Shown here: piece by piece, positions 17,007 to 26,733 of the stretch
Position numbering within the stretch: the stretch's first letter is position 1
Layout of the letters: each line of letters begins with the position of its first letter
Source of the DNA: Clostridia bacterium
GTDB lineage: Bacteria; Bacillota; Clostridia; TANB77; CAG-465
Assembly (NCBI GenBank): GCA_045652705.1
Contig: JAZRUV010000008.1
Location: forward strand, 24,620 to 88,619
Direction of reading: 5' to 3'
Length of the DNA: 64,000 nucleotides
Notes under the pieces: generated by a model
Told to the model about the DNA's origin: nothing
Seen by the model: only the letters and a program-made list of their open reading frames with translations
Databases searched by the model: none
Position numbers and translations under genes: made by a program

Positions 17007-17708
17007 ATGTCTTTGAATGGTAAAATTATTGTTATTGAAGGAACAGATGGTAGCGGTAAACAAACCCAAGCACAAATTTTGAGAAAAAGACTTGAGCAGG
17101 AAGGGTATACTGTTTACTCTGCATCTTTTCCTAATTATCCTAGCGATTCTTCTGCAGCGGTGAGGATGTATCTTAATGGGCAGATAAAAAAGGAACCTAA
17201 AGATGTAAGTGCTAAAGCAGCATCAACTTTTTATGCTGTAGATAGATATATTACATATAAGAGAGAAATCGAACCGATTTATAAGCAAGGTGAAAGTGTT
17301 ATTGTATTTGACCGTTGGGTTGAGTCTAACATTATTCGCCAGGGTGCAAAGTTTATTGCAAATAAAACATGTGAACCCGAAAGAAGTGATAGACTAGAGG
17401 ATTTTATTTATTGGCTTAAAAATTTGGAGTATGGAGATTTCGAAGTTCCCAAACCTTACATGACAATCTATTTGAATGTTCCTATAGATTATACAATGGC
17501 TCTTAGAAAGAACAGAGCAAATAAAATTACTGGCGGTGAAAAACAAGATATACATGAAGCAAGCGAAAAACATCTTATTGATGCGAGTATGACAGGACTG
17601 CTTGCGGCAGATATTTTGAATTGGGAGGTTATTGAATGTGTTAAAGATGGTCAAATGAGAACTATCGACGATATCGCAAAAGAAGTTTGGCAAAGAGTAA
17701 ACAAGTAA
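17007..17708 (+). CDS. tmk: thymidylate (dTMP) kinase-like
   Basis: 233 aa. It has the P-loop IVIEGTDGSGKQTQ, FPNYPSDSS..MYLNG, the DRY/DRW motifs (AVDRYI, VFDRWVESN) and a lid region. Confidence 0.8.
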   Translation: MSLNGKIIVIEGTDGSGKQTQAQILRKRLEQEGYTVYSASFPNYPSDSSAAVRMYLNGQIKKEPKDVSAKAASTFYAVDRYITYKREIEPIYKQGESVIVFDRWVESNIIRQGAKFIANKTCEPERSDRLEDFIYWLKNLEYGDFEVPKPYMTIYLNVPIDYTMALRKNRANKITGGEKQDIHEASEKHLIDASMTGLLAADILNWEVIECVKDGQMRTIDDIAKEVWQRVNK

Positions 17709-17761
17709 TAAGTAATAAGTAATAAGTAAATAATCTAAAATAACAATAGGAGGATTTTGTT

Positions 17762-18970
17762 ATGGAAATTAGACTTGTTAGCACAAACCCTGGAATCGAT
17801 TTGTACATTGCTCGGGATACTACGCCGAGTAAAGAAGAAAAAATCAAAGAAATTGTTCGTGAACTTTCTATGTTTGCTGGCAAGGTCGGAGGAGAATGTT
17901 ATTCTTCTGACAGTTTAGAACACATTATGAATGAAAGTGAGAAGGAAACCCGGGGAAGAATGAACTTCTGCCTTAATAAGAAACATCACAGTATTTTTGA
18001 ACACCCTAAGCTTACTTTTGAGTTTGTAGGAGTTCCCAAGTTTATTTTCATGATGCTGAACAATCAGTATGTATATACTACTTCGGAAAGAAGTGCGAGA
18101 TATACTAATTTCAGCGAACTTATTGAAACTCGAGAAGAGTCTCAACTTTATGCTAAATGGACGGATAAAATTAGTCGTGCAATCAAGGAGTTCTACGGAG
18201 ATAAGTTCACAGACAAGGAAGTTCAGAAGCTGGCTCAAGAAAATGCTCGTTATATGATTTCTGTATTCGTTCCCAGTTCTATGGTGCACACCATCTCTCT
18301 TAAGGATTTGAACTATACACTATATTTGCTTGAAGAATTTTTGAAGAGCGACTGGGAAAGAAAAACAGCAGTAACTGAACTCTTTATGAGTATTTTGCGT
18401 CCGAAGTTGGAAGAGTTTCTAAAGGAAATGGCGCCTTACAGACTTCCGGGTCTTGAACCTAAGTTTGTAAGAGAGATTGCGATTTTCAAAACACCGCTTA
18501 GCCGAGAAAATCAGGCTGATGCAACGTATCGCTTGAACTATGATATGTCTTTTGCAGCATTTGCACAGGCTCAGCGTCATCGTAGCATTAGATATTCTAT
18601 TGAGCTTAAGAGGCCTACTCCATATATTCCGCCTATTATCAGCGCAGCTGGGCTTGAGACAGAGTGGGTAGCAGATATGATTAGTATTTGCGATAGATTC
18701 CCTCAAGGTCTTATGGTAAATGTTACTGAGACTGGTGAAATTGAGGATTTTGTAGGCAAGTGCTATGAGAGATGTTGTGGCAGAGCGCAACTGGAAATTC
18801 AGGAGAATACGTGTAATTCTTTGGCTTATCTTAGAACTTCTGAAAATGCTGAGGTTGTCAAATATTTAAAAGAGACAACCGGTGATTCTTTTGCAAGATG
18901 TGGTTTTCCTGGCTATCACTGTGTGGAAGTTTGTAAATTTGGCAAGAACCAGCGTGAAAGAAAAATTTAA
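17762..18970 (+). CDS. divergent ThyX-like (flavin-dependent thymidylate synthase family) protein
   Basis: 402 aa. HHSIFEHPKLTFEF...TSERSARY aligns to ThyX H-x-S/T-x-FEH ... S-x-RY, and GRAQLEIQ matches the AQ-x-EI motif. The canonical RHR position reads NNQ, and an RHR occurs about 170 aa later. Confidence 0.55.
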   Translation: MEIRLVSTNPGIDLYIARDTTPSKEEKIKEIVRELSMFAGKVGGECYSSDSLEHIMNESEKETRGRMNFCLNKKHHSIFEHPKLTFEFVGVPKFIFMMLNNQYVYTTSERSARYTNFSELIETREESQLYAKWTDKISRAIKEFYGDKFTDKEVQKLAQENARYMISVFVPSSMVHTISLKDLNYTLYLLEEFLKSDWERKTAVTELFMSILRPKLEEFLKEMAPYRLPGLEPKFVREIAIFKTPLSRENQADATYRLNYDMSFAAFAQAQRHRSIRYSIELKRPTPYIPPIISAAGLETEWVADMISICDRFPQGLMVNVTETGEIEDFVGKCYERCCGRAQLEIQENTCNSLAYLRTSENAEVVKYLKETTGDSFARCGFPGYHCVEVCKFGKNQRERKI

Positions 18971-18977
18971 TATAAAA

Positions 18978-19010
18978 TTAGAGGGTGCCTTATTAGGCAT
19001 CCTCTAATTT
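18978..19010 (+). terminator. terminator after thyX-like gene
   Basis: 12-bp stem ttagagggtgcc/ggcatcctctaa (one G-U pair), then ttt. Confidence 0.7.
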
Positions 19011-19031
19011 GTCAGTTCTGAAAAGAAAAAA

Positions 19032-19060
19032 TTGCAAATGTTTAATATAGATGATATAAT
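19032..19060 (+). promoter_or_regulatory. sigma-A promoter of HipA-like gene
   Basis: TTGCAA, 17-nt spacer, TGa-TATAAT. Confidence 0.6.
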
Positions 19061-19077
19061 GTGAAAGAGGTGAAATT

Positions 19078-20139
19078 ATGATTAATTTGACTTTTGATCA
19101 AATAACTAAACATAAGGATGAAGATGGATTTGTGCATTTAGATGAACTCTTTGTAAATTCGGATTCTGAACGTGAAGTAAGAGGAAATATAAATAGAGAT
19201 AAAAGATGGTTTAAGATAGATGATGGAACTGCTATGTTTAAATCTAATACTGAGCAAGCGTTATACGCACACTATTCAGAGTTAATATGTACAGAACTTG
19301 CAAAACAAGCAGGACTGGATGCTGCGGAATATGATATAGCAAAATGTAATGGTCAAACGGGAATAATAACCAAAAATGCTTGTAAACCCGGCGAAGAAAT
19401 GTTAACTATAAATGAATTAATAGGAGACGGGCCAACATACGAAGATTACCCAGATAATACAGATATATATTTTGTTTTCGATTCATTAGAAGAGAAGCTA
19501 CTAGCTGATGGATATAATGAGGAAATGATAGATAGTTGTATATTGCAGCTAAGGAAACAACTTCTTTTTGATTTATATATAATGGAAACAGATAGACATA
19601 CTGAAAATATATCTTTTATTATAGGAAGAGATGCCGAAACGGGAAGACCACATATACGATTGGCTCCTATGTATGATACGGAATCGGCACTGTTGCTTTA
19701 CGACGATGCTGAACACATGAAGAAAGTGTGGACAAGCAGGGCGGTAACACATAGTATAACTAATTTACAGGAACCTAAAATATGTGTAATACCTGAAGGT
19801 GATAGTGACCCGGAACAAAGCGGAATGGATAGAGGCTTGTTTGAGTTTCTTCAAGCTCAAGTTGGCACAGCATACGATACTCCTAGTGAAGAAATATGGA
19901 AATCTACATTAGACTTTTTAGTTGAAGATGAGAGAACGTATGAATTTTCTGAGAATGTTTTAAATGGGTTAGATATATCTAAGGCTATTGAAAATGTAGA
20001 AAGAAATAAAAAGTGTACAATACCTGAAGAAGTAAAGCAAATGGCAAGAGCTTGTTTTGGCGTAAGACAAACAGAAATTGCGTTTGAATTAGGTTTGGAT
20101 TTAAAAGAACAAAACATAGCAGAAAAAGAGTTGACATAA
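19078..20139 (+). CDS. HipA-family Ser/Thr kinase-like protein lacking the N-terminal subdomain (HipT-like size)
   Basis: 353 aa. METDRHTENISFII matches the HipA catalytic TD-x-H-x-x-N-x-S motif, and IRLAPMYDTES matches L-x-P-x-YD. Confidence 0.8.
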   Translation: MINLTFDQITKHKDEDGFVHLDELFVNSDSEREVRGNINRDKRWFKIDDGTAMFKSNTEQALYAHYSELICTELAKQAGLDAAEYDIAKCNGQTGIITKNACKPGEEMLTINELIGDGPTYEDYPDNTDIYFVFDSLEEKLLADGYNEEMIDSCILQLRKQLLFDLYIMETDRHTENISFIIGRDAETGRPHIRLAPMYDTESALLLYDDAEHMKKVWTSRAVTHSITNLQEPKICVIPEGDSDPEQSGMDRGLFEFLQAQVGTAYDTPSEEIWKSTLDFLVEDERTYEFSENVLNGLDISKAIENVERNKKCTIPEEVKQMARACFGVRQTEIAFELGLDLKEQNIAEKELT

Positions 20140-20159
20140 ATCTAAAGTTGTGTTATAAT
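20131..20159 (+). promoter_or_regulatory. consensus promoter embedded in the 3' end of the kinase gene
   Basis: TTGACA (20131-20136, overlapping the kinase stop codon), 17-nt spacer, TGt-TATAAT (20154-20159). Confidence 0.6.
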
Positions 20160-20212
20160 GTTAGTGCGTAAGCATAAAAACTTTCCACTAACTATGTGAA
20201 GGGGTGATAACA

Positions 20213-20497
20213 ATGATTAAGTACAATGTGTTTTACAAGGAAAATCGTATTGGCAAGCTGTACATCAATGAAGATGGTCAGTACAAGTATGTTGCAGATG
20301 AGGCGGCTATTAAGGAAGTTGAGGAAAACGAAAACGTATGCATCTATGCAGACGCAAGAAACAGCCGTGACTGGGGTGAACCCATCGCCTTCTTTGACAG
20401 CCGTATTGAAAACTGCAAGAGATTTGGTGAGACGGATACTGTAAAGTATCCTAATAGTGACTACTATTTCATCAAAGATAACCACCACAGAGAATAA
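20213..20497 (+). CDS. HipS-like / HipA N-terminal-subdomain-like small protein
   Basis: 94 aa from ATG 20213 (GAAGGGG RBS). YNVFYKENRIGKLYINEDGQYKYV resembles the HipA N-terminal beta-hairpin (V-x-x-x-x-x-VG-x-L...F-x-Y), and PIAFFDSRI resembles the FF(D/E)N(L)LP motif. Confidence 0.5.
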   Translation: MIKYNVFYKENRIGKLYINEDGQYKYVADEAAIKEVEENENVCIYADARNSRDWGEPIAFFDSRIENCKRFGETDTVKYPNSDYYFIKDNHHRE

Positions 20498-20500
20498 ATT

Positions 20501-20529
20501 AAGCGAGTATAAAAATACTCGCTTTTTTC
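20501..20529 (+). terminator. Rho-independent terminator
   Basis: 10-bp stem aagcgagtat/atactcgctt, 4-nt loop, T6. Confidence 0.85.
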
Positions 20530-20868
20530 TTTAGTATGTTTTCTGTATAAGACATACTTGTCGGTAAAATCAACTGTGATTTTAACTGTCCGACCAAATC
20601 CAAGAAGTTTGTATTAAGATTAGGGTAGCTCTAAATACAAAACTTAAATTTATGCGCATAATAAAGTTTATCCCTCTTGGTATAACACAATACTACTATT
20701 ATATACAAAAAATGTCAATAACAGACAAATTAAAATTTGGTTACATTTTTGTTACAAATAGCCGATAGATAATTCATATTAAAATAAGGTGAGTTTTCAA
20801 AAATGTACCTATTATATATAAATAATAAAAATTATTTCAAAAATATTGCAAAATATTTCAAAAAACAC

Positions 20869-20897
20869 TTGCATTCCATATATTTGTGTGTTACAAT
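20869..20897 (+). promoter_or_regulatory. S10 operon promoter
   Basis: TTGCAT, 17-nt spacer, TGt-TACAAT. A leader of about 200 nt with several hairpins precedes rpsJ. Confidence 0.6.
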
Positions 20898-21106
20898 ATC
20901 TGTGTTGATTTGCGTTGAAGTGGTAGATGGCTATGCATAGACATAGGGAACTTCCATGGAGCATGTCTGATTTGAAATCGGGCGGCAAGTATTGAATTTG
21001 TATTTGCCAAATGTTAATTTGGCTTTATATTATGTCACAAATTTGAAACACACGGGGTAGTGTAAAACTTGCAAGTCCTTGAAATTATAGTAAAGGAGTG
21101 AAAAAT

Positions 21107-21424
21107 ATGGCAAAAACAAATGTATCAAAAATGAGAATAAGATTAAAAGCTTATGATCACGTAGTGCTAGAACAAACTGCGGCAAAGCTAGTTGAAGTAG
21201 CTAGAAATTCAGGAGCAGAGGTATCAGGTCCTGTACCACTACCAACTAGAAAAGAAATCGTAACTATTCTTCGTTCACCACACAAGCACAAAGATTCTAG
21301 AGAACAATTTGAAATAAGAACACACAAGAGAGTTATCGATGTTAAAGCACCAAATCAAGCAACAGTTGATGCGCTTATGGCAATAGATATGCCAGCTGGT
21401 GTTGAAATCGAAGTTAAACTTTAA
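21107..21424 (+). CDS. rpsJ: 30S ribosomal protein S10
   Basis: The RIRLKAYDH...LPTRKE...[13 protein letters not shown] signature is present. I prefer ATG 21107, 8 nt after AAGGAG, over the track GTG at 21098. Confidence 0.97.
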   Translation: MAKTNVSKMRIRLKAYDHVVLEQTAAKLVEVARNSGAEVSGPVPLPTRKEIVTILRSPHKHKDSREQFEIRTHKRVIDVKAPNQATVDALMAIDMPAGVEIEVKL

Positions 21425-21537
21425 TAATATTTAGTAGCAATCCTTGAGTCTCAAGGCAAGTGCATACCCTATACTAGATATGGCAAAATGGTTTTAACTT
21501 AAAAAGTTTAGTAAATTTTAAAGGGAGGAAAACAAAA

Positions 21538-22164
21538 ATGAAAGAACTTTATGGTAAAAAGTTAGGTATGACTCAAATTTTTAACGAAGACGGAACAGTT
21601 ATACCAGTAACAGTTATCGAAGCATACAAACTTGTGGTTGTTGGTAAAAAGACAGCTGACAAAGAAGGTTATAATGCAATCGTTGTTGGTTTCGGTGATG
21701 TTAAAGAAAACAGAGCAAACAAACCTCAAAAAGGTGTATTTGCAAAAGCAGGGGTACCTGTTAAAAAATACATAAAAGAAATTAAAGTAGAAAATCCAGA
21801 TGAATTCGAAATTGGTTCTGAAGTTACTTTAGAATGTTTAGAAGCTGGAGACCACGTAGATGTACATGGTATATCTAAAGGTAAAGGATTCCAAGGACCA
21901 ATCCACAGACATGGGTTACATAGAGGACCATCTACACACGGTTCTAACTATCACAGAAGACCAGGTTCTATGGGCGCTGGTACAAACCCAGGTAGAGTAT
22001 TCAAAGGTAAAAAACTAGCAGGTCATATGGGACATGTAAATCGTACAGCACTAAACCTTGAAGTAGTAAGAGTAGATATAGACAAAAATGCAGTATTAGT
22101 TAAAGGTTCTGTACCTGGAGCTAAGGGAGCAACTCTAAATATTACTAAGAGTGTAAAAGCTTAG
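21538..22164 (+). CDS. rplC: 50S ribosomal protein L3
   Basis: GKKLGMTQIF...GKGFQG signature and operon position. Confidence 0.97.
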   Translation: MKELYGKKLGMTQIFNEDGTVIPVTVIEAYKLVVVGKKTADKEGYNAIVVGFGDVKENRANKPQKGVFAKAGVPVKKYIKEIKVENPDEFEIGSEVTLECLEAGDHVDVHGISKGKGFQGPIHRHGLHRGPSTHGSNYHRRPGSMGAGTNPGRVFKGKKLAGHMGHVNRTALNLEVVRVDIDKNAVLVKGSVPGAKGATLNITKSVKA

Positions 22165-22181
22165 GAAAGGAGAAATAAGAA

Positions 22182-22802
22182 ATGCTTAAAACAGACGTAT
22201 TAGATATAACAGGAAAGAAAGTATCTGACATTGAGTTAAACGAAGCTGTTTTTGGAGTTGAAGTTAACGAAGTAGTAGTACACCAAGTACTAGTAAACTA
22301 CCTAGCTAATCAAAGACAAGGAACACAATCAACAAAAACTCGTGCAGAAGTACGTGGTGGTGGTATAAAACCATGGAGACAAAAAGGAACTGGTAGAGCA
22401 AGACAAGGTTCAATAAGAGCACCACAATGGATAAAAGGTGGTATCGCTTTAGGACCTAAACCTAGAGATTACAGATACAAATTACCTAAAAAAGTAAGAG
22501 CACTAGCTATAAAATCTGTTCTTACATCAAAACTTGCTGACAACAAACTTGTAGTAGTAGACAAAATGGAACTTAACGAAATTAAAACAAAAGAAATGGT
22601 TAAAGTATTAAATAACCTAAAAGCTGAAAAAGCATTAGTTGTTTTAAATGAAAAGAACCTAAATGTTCAAGCTTCTACAAGAAATATCGAAAAAGCTAAA
22701 GCAATAACAGTTAATACAATCAACATATATGATTTATTAAGATTTGAAACTTTAGTACTTGATGTAGAATCAGTTAAAAGATTAGAGGAGGTGTACGCTT
22801 AA
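22182..22802 (+). CDS. rplD: 50S ribosomal protein L4
   Basis: [20 protein letters not shown] signature. Confidence 0.97.
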   Translation: MLKTDVLDITGKKVSDIELNEAVFGVEVNEVVVHQVLVNYLANQRQGTQSTKTRAEVRGGGIKPWRQKGTGRARQGSIRAPQWIKGGIALGPKPRDYRYKLPKKVRALAIKSVLTSKLADNKLVVVDKMELNEIKTKEMVKVLNNLKAEKALVVLNEKNLNVQASTRNIEKAKAITVNTINIYDLLRFETLVLDVESVKRLEEVYA

Positions 22803-23173
22803 TGTTATACGCAGAAGATGTTATAATCAAGCCTATAATAACTGAAAAAAGTTATATGGAAATGGCTAATGGAAAATACACTTTCCAAACAAAAATAGAT
22901 GCAACTAAAATAGATATAAAGAATGCAGTTGAAACATTATTTAATGTTAAAGTGTTAAAAGTTAACACAATGAGATATGATGGAAAATCAAAAAGAGTTG
23001 GAGTACACCAAGGTAAAACAGCTGCTTGGAAAAAAGCAATTGTTACAATAGATACAAATCCTAAGGATGAAAAATATCTAGCTAAAGGTGGAAAAGAAGT
23101 TAAGCTTGGTAAAAAATACAACACAGAAATAGCAGAAATAAGCTCAGCATTCGCAAACGAGGGAGGAAACTAA
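22802..23173 (+). CDS. rplW: 50S ribosomal protein L23 (with a C-terminal tail of about 25 aa)
   Basis: PIITEKS...FxV signature. The start overlaps the rplD stop (TAATG). Confidence 0.93.
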   Translation: MLYAEDVIIKPIITEKSYMEMANGKYTFQTKIDATKIDIKNAVETLFNVKVLKVNTMRYDGKSKRVGVHQGKTAAWKKAIVTIDTNPKDEKYLAKGGKEVKLGKKYNTEIAEISSAFANEGGN

Positions 23174-23174
23174 T

Positions 23175-24008
23175 ATGGGAATAAAAACATTTAGACCAAC
23201 AACTCCGTCTAGAAGAAATATGACAGCGCTTACTTATGATGAAATAACAAAATCATCTCCAGAAAAATCTCTTCTTACTACATTAAAGAAGAATGCTGGA
23301 AGAAATAACACAGGTAAGATAACTGTTAGACACCACGGTGGCGGACAAAGAAGAAAATATAGAATAATAGATTTTAAAAGAAATAAAACAGATATGTTTG
23401 CTACAGTTATTGGTATCGAATACGATCCAAACAGAAGTGCAAATATAGCATTAATTGAATATGAAGATGGAACAAAATCTTACATATTAGCACCAAAAGG
23501 TTTAACTGATGGAATGCAAGTTATATCTTCTGAAAAAGCAGATATAAAACCAGGAAACTGTTTACCAATAAGTGCAATTCCAGTTGGTACAGAAATACAC
23601 AACATAGAATTACACAAAGGTAAAGGTGGACAATTAGTAAGAACAGCAGGAGCAGCTGCTCAACTTATGGCTAAAGAAGGAAAATATGCTCACGTGAGAA
23701 TGCCATCTGGAGAAATGAGACTTATACCAGTTGTATGCTTTGCAACAGTTGGTGTGCTTGGAAATTCAGATCATGAAAACGTATCATATGGTAAAGCCGG
23801 AAGAACAAGACATATGGGTATAAGACCAACAGTAAGAGGATCTGTAATGAACCCTAACGATCACCCACACGGTGGTGGTGAAGGTAGAGCTCCAGTTGGA
23901 CACGCAGGACCTATGACTCCTTGGGGTAAACCAGCTTTAGGTTACAAGACTCGTAAGAAAAACCATAGAACAGATAAGTTCATAGTTAAGAGAAGAAATA
24001 GAAAGTAG
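23175..24008 (+). CDS. rplB: 50S ribosomal protein L2
   Basis: [14 protein letters not shown] signature. Confidence 0.98.
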   Translation: MGIKTFRPTTPSRRNMTALTYDEITKSSPEKSLLTTLKKNAGRNNTGKITVRHHGGGQRRKYRIIDFKRNKTDMFATVIGIEYDPNRSANIALIEYEDGTKSYILAPKGLTDGMQVISSEKADIKPGNCLPISAIPVGTEIHNIELHKGKGGQLVRTAGAAAQLMAKEGKYAHVRMPSGEMRLIPVVCFATVGVLGNSDHENVSYGKAGRTRHMGIRPTVRGSVMNPNDHPHGGGEGRAPVGHAGPMTPWGKPALGYKTRKKNHRTDKFIVKRRNRK

Positions 24009-24021
24009 GAGGTAACACACT

Positions 24022-24300
24022 ATGTCAAGATCACTAAAAAAAGGACCTTATGTAGATGCTAAACTTTTAGCTAGAATAGAAAAAATGAACGAAAATGACG
24101 AAAAAGTAGCACTTAAGACATGGTCAAGATCATCTACTATATATCCTCAAATGATAGGTCATACAATTGCAGTTCACGACGGAAGAAAACACGTACCTGT
24201 ATATGTAACTGAGGAAATGGTAGGACACAAACTAGGCGAATTCGCTCCAACAAGACTTTTCAGAGGTCATGCAGGAGACAAAAAGAGCAAAGTTAGATAA
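24022..24300 (+). CDS. rpsS: 30S ribosomal protein S19
   Basis: [11 protein letters not shown]...[12 protein letters not shown] signature. Confidence 0.98.
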   Translation: MSRSLKKGPYVDAKLLARIEKMNENDEKVALKTWSRSSTIYPQMIGHTIAVHDGRKHVPVYVTEEMVGHKLGEFAPTRLFRGHAGDKKSKVR

Positions 24301-24321
24301 TAAATTAGGAGGAAACAAGAA

Positions 24322-24657
24322 ATGGAAGCAAGAGCTGAATTAAAATTTGCAAGAATAAGTGCAAGAAAAGCTAAAATTGTTTTGGACCTAATTAAGGGAA
24401 AAGATGCTCATGAAGCGCTAGCAATACTTAAATATACAAACAAAGCTGCTAGCCCTATAGTTTCTAAAATCCTTAAATCTGCTATGGCTAACGCAACAAA
24501 CAATCATTCAATGAATGAAAACAAATTAGTAGTTGCTGAAGCTGTTGCAAATCAAGGGCCAACAATGAAAAGAATAAGTCCAAGAGCTCAAGGTAGAGCA
24601 TATAGAATAAGAAAAAGAACTAGCCATATAAGAATAGTTCTTAAAGAAGTAGAATAG
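24322..24657 (+). CDS. rplV: 50S ribosomal protein L22
   Basis: [16 protein letters not shown]...[16 protein letters not shown] signature. Confidence 0.97.
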   Translation: MEARAELKFARISARKAKIVLDLIKGKDAHEALAILKYTNKAASPIVSKILKSAMANATNNHSMNENKLVVAEAVANQGPTMKRISPRAQGRAYRIRKRTSHIRIVLKEVE

Positions 24658-24668
24658 GAGGAAACACG

Positions 24669-25328
24669 ATGGGTCAAAAAGTAAGTCCTCATGGTTTAAG
24701 AGTAGGCATAATAAAAGACTGGTCTTCTAAATGGTATGCAAACAAACAAAACTTTGCAGATTACCTAGTTGAAGATAACAAAATTCGTAAATATCTTAAA
24801 GAGACTTTAAAAACTGCTGGAATTTCTTCTATTAACATAGAAAGAAAATCATCAGAAGTAAAAGTAAACGTAGCTACTGCTAAGCCTGGTATGATAATAG
24901 GTAAAGGTGGTTCAGCTATAGAAGAACTTAAAAAGAAATTAGAAAAAATGACAGGTAAAACTGTATCATTAAATATCGAAGAAATCAAAAACATAGATAT
25001 GGATGCAACTTTAGTTGCTGAATCTATTGCTTCTCAATTAGAAAGAAGAATATCTTTTAGACGTGCAATGAAACAAGCAATGTCTAAAACTATGAAAGCT
25101 GGAGCTAAGGGTATAAAGACACAAGTGTCTGGACGTCTTGGTGGAGCTGAAATAGCAAGAGCTGAACACTACAGCGAAGGAACTATTCCTCTACAAACTT
25201 TAAGAGCAGACATAGATTATGGTTTTGCAGAAGCATTAACTACTTATGGTATCATAGGTGTTAAGGTATGGATATACAAAGGTGATATACTACCTGCAAA
25301 AAAAGAATCAAAAGGGGGTAACAAATAA
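24669..25328 (+). CDS. rpsC: 30S ribosomal protein S3
   Basis: [13 protein letters not shown]...[10 protein letters not shown] signature. Confidence 0.98.
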   Translation: MGQKVSPHGLRVGIIKDWSSKWYANKQNFADYLVEDNKIRKYLKETLKTAGISSINIERKSSEVKVNVATAKPGMIIGKGGSAIEELKKKLEKMTGKTVSLNIEEIKNIDMDATLVAESIASQLERRISFRRAMKQAMSKTMKAGAKGIKTQVSGRLGGAEIARAEHYSEGTIPLQTLRADIDYGFAEALTTYGIIGVKVWIYKGDILPAKKESKGGNK

Positions 25329-25765
25329 TGTTAGTACCTAAAAGAACAAAATTCAGAAAGATGCAAAAAGGTAGAATAAGAGGAAATGCTACTAGAGGAA
25401 CAAAACTAGTACATGGTGATTACGGAATAGTGGCTTGTGAGCCATCATTCATCACTAACAACCAAATAGAATCTGCCAGAGTTGTACTTTCAAAATACAC
25501 TAAAAAATACGGTAAAACTTGGATAACAATATTCCCAGATAAACCAATAACTAAAAAACCTGCAGAAACAAGAATGGGTTCTGGTAAAGGTAACCCAGAA
25601 TATTTCGTAGCAGTTGTTAAACCTGGAAGAGTAATGTTTGAAATAAGCGGCCTAGATGAAGCTACTTCAAGAGAAGCTTTAAGAAAGGCAATCCAAAAGC
25701 TTCCTATAAAATGTAAGATACTTACAAAGGAAGAAAGCTTAGGAGGTAACGACAGTGAAGAATAA
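25328..25765 (+). CDS. rplP: 50S ribosomal protein L16
   Basis: [11 protein letters not shown]...RMGSGKG signature. Confidence 0.98.
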   Translation: MLVPKRTKFRKMQKGRIRGNATRGTKLVHGDYGIVACEPSFITNNQIESARVVLSKYTKKYGKTWITIFPDKPITKKPAETRMGSGKGNPEYFVAVVKPGRVMFEISGLDEATSREALRKAIQKLPIKCKILTKEESLGGNDSEE

Positions 25766-26066
25766 TAGATTAAATGATTACAAAAAAATGGATGAAGCAG
25801 CACTTTTAGAAGAGCTTAAGGCTTTAAAATCTGAACTTTTCAAATTGAGACTTTCTCATGCAATGAATGGTTTAGATAATCCAAACAAAATAACAGAAAC
25901 TAAGAGAAATATAGCAAGAGTTAACACAATACTTACTATCAAGAAAAATGGTGGTGAAGTTGTAGTTAAAGAAGCTACAAAAAAAGCACCTGCTAAAAAA
26001 GCAGCGGCTAAAAAAACAACTAAAGCAGCAAAAACAGAAAAAGAAGCTGCAAAGTCAGAAGAGTAG
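25755..26066 (+). CDS. rpmC: 50S ribosomal protein L29 with a Lys/Ala-rich C-terminal tail
   Basis: L29 core [22 protein letters not shown] start 8 nt after GGAGG. The tail reads [28 protein letters not shown]. Confidence 0.9.
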   Translation: MKNNRLNDYKKMDEAALLEELKALKSELFKLRLSHAMNGLDNPNKITETKRNIARVNTILTIKKNGGEVVVKEATKKAPAKKAAAKKTTKAAKTEKEAAKSEE

Positions 26067-26078
26067 GAGGATAAACTA

Positions 26079-26333
26079 GTGGAAAGAAATGCAAGAAAAA
26101 CTAAAATAGGTAAAGTAGTTTCAAATAAAATGGATAAAACTATAGTTGTAAGAATTGACACTAAGTTTAAACATCCACTTTATAACAAAATCATGAACAA
26201 AACTTTAAAAGTAAAAGCTCATGATGAAGAAAATGTTTGTGGTATCGGTGATACAGTTGAAATAATGGAAACTAGACCACTAAGCAAAGATAAAAGATAT
26301 AGACTAGTTAGAATAGTAGAAAAAGCTAAATAA
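26079..26333 (+). CDS. rpsQ: 30S ribosomal protein S17
   Basis: [14 protein letters not shown]...HDE.N...GD.V.I.E.RPLSK signature. GTG start. Confidence 0.96.
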   Translation: MERNARKTKIGKVVSNKMDKTIVVRIDTKFKHPLYNKIMNKTLKVKAHDEENVCGIGDTVEIMETRPLSKDKRYRLVRIVEKAK

Positions 26334-26351
26334 TGAAAAGGAGGAACTACT

Positions 26352-26720
26352 ATGATACAACAACAATCAGTTGTTAATGTCGCTGATAACACAGGAGCAA
26401 AAAAATTAATGTGTATTAGAGTTCTTGGTGGACACCATAGAAAATGGGGTAACATCGGAGACGTAATCGTAGCTTCTGTTAAACAAGCAACACCAGGTGG
26501 CGTTGTAAACAAAGGTGACGTTGTAAAAGCAGTAATTGTAAGATCTAAAACAGGACTTAAACGTGCTGATGGATCATATATAAAATTTGATGAAAATGCA
26601 GCTGTTATAATAAAAGATGATAAGACTCCAAAAGGAACTCGTATCTTTGGACCAGTTGCAAGAGAGCTAAGAGATAAAGATTATATGAAAATTATATCTC
26701 TAGCACCTGAAGTACTTTAG
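26352..26720 (+). CDS. rplN: 50S ribosomal protein L14
   Basis: MIQQQS.L.VADN(T/S)GAK signature. Confidence 0.98.
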   Translation: MIQQQSVVNVADNTGAKKLMCIRVLGGHHRKWGNIGDVIVASVKQATPGGVVNKGDVVKAVIVRSKTGLKRADGSYIKFDENAAVIIKDDKTPKGTRIFGPVARELRDKDYMKIISLAPEVL

Positions 26721-26733
26721 GAGGTAAAGCATA

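Noticed and set aside
21425-21537. Hairpin ccttgag-t-ctcaagg (21445-21459) in the 113-nt rpsJ-rplC spacer as an attenuator.
   Set aside because: The stem is short, the loop is a single nucleotide and no U-tract follows. I do not know of a leader RNA at this position and cannot test covariation.
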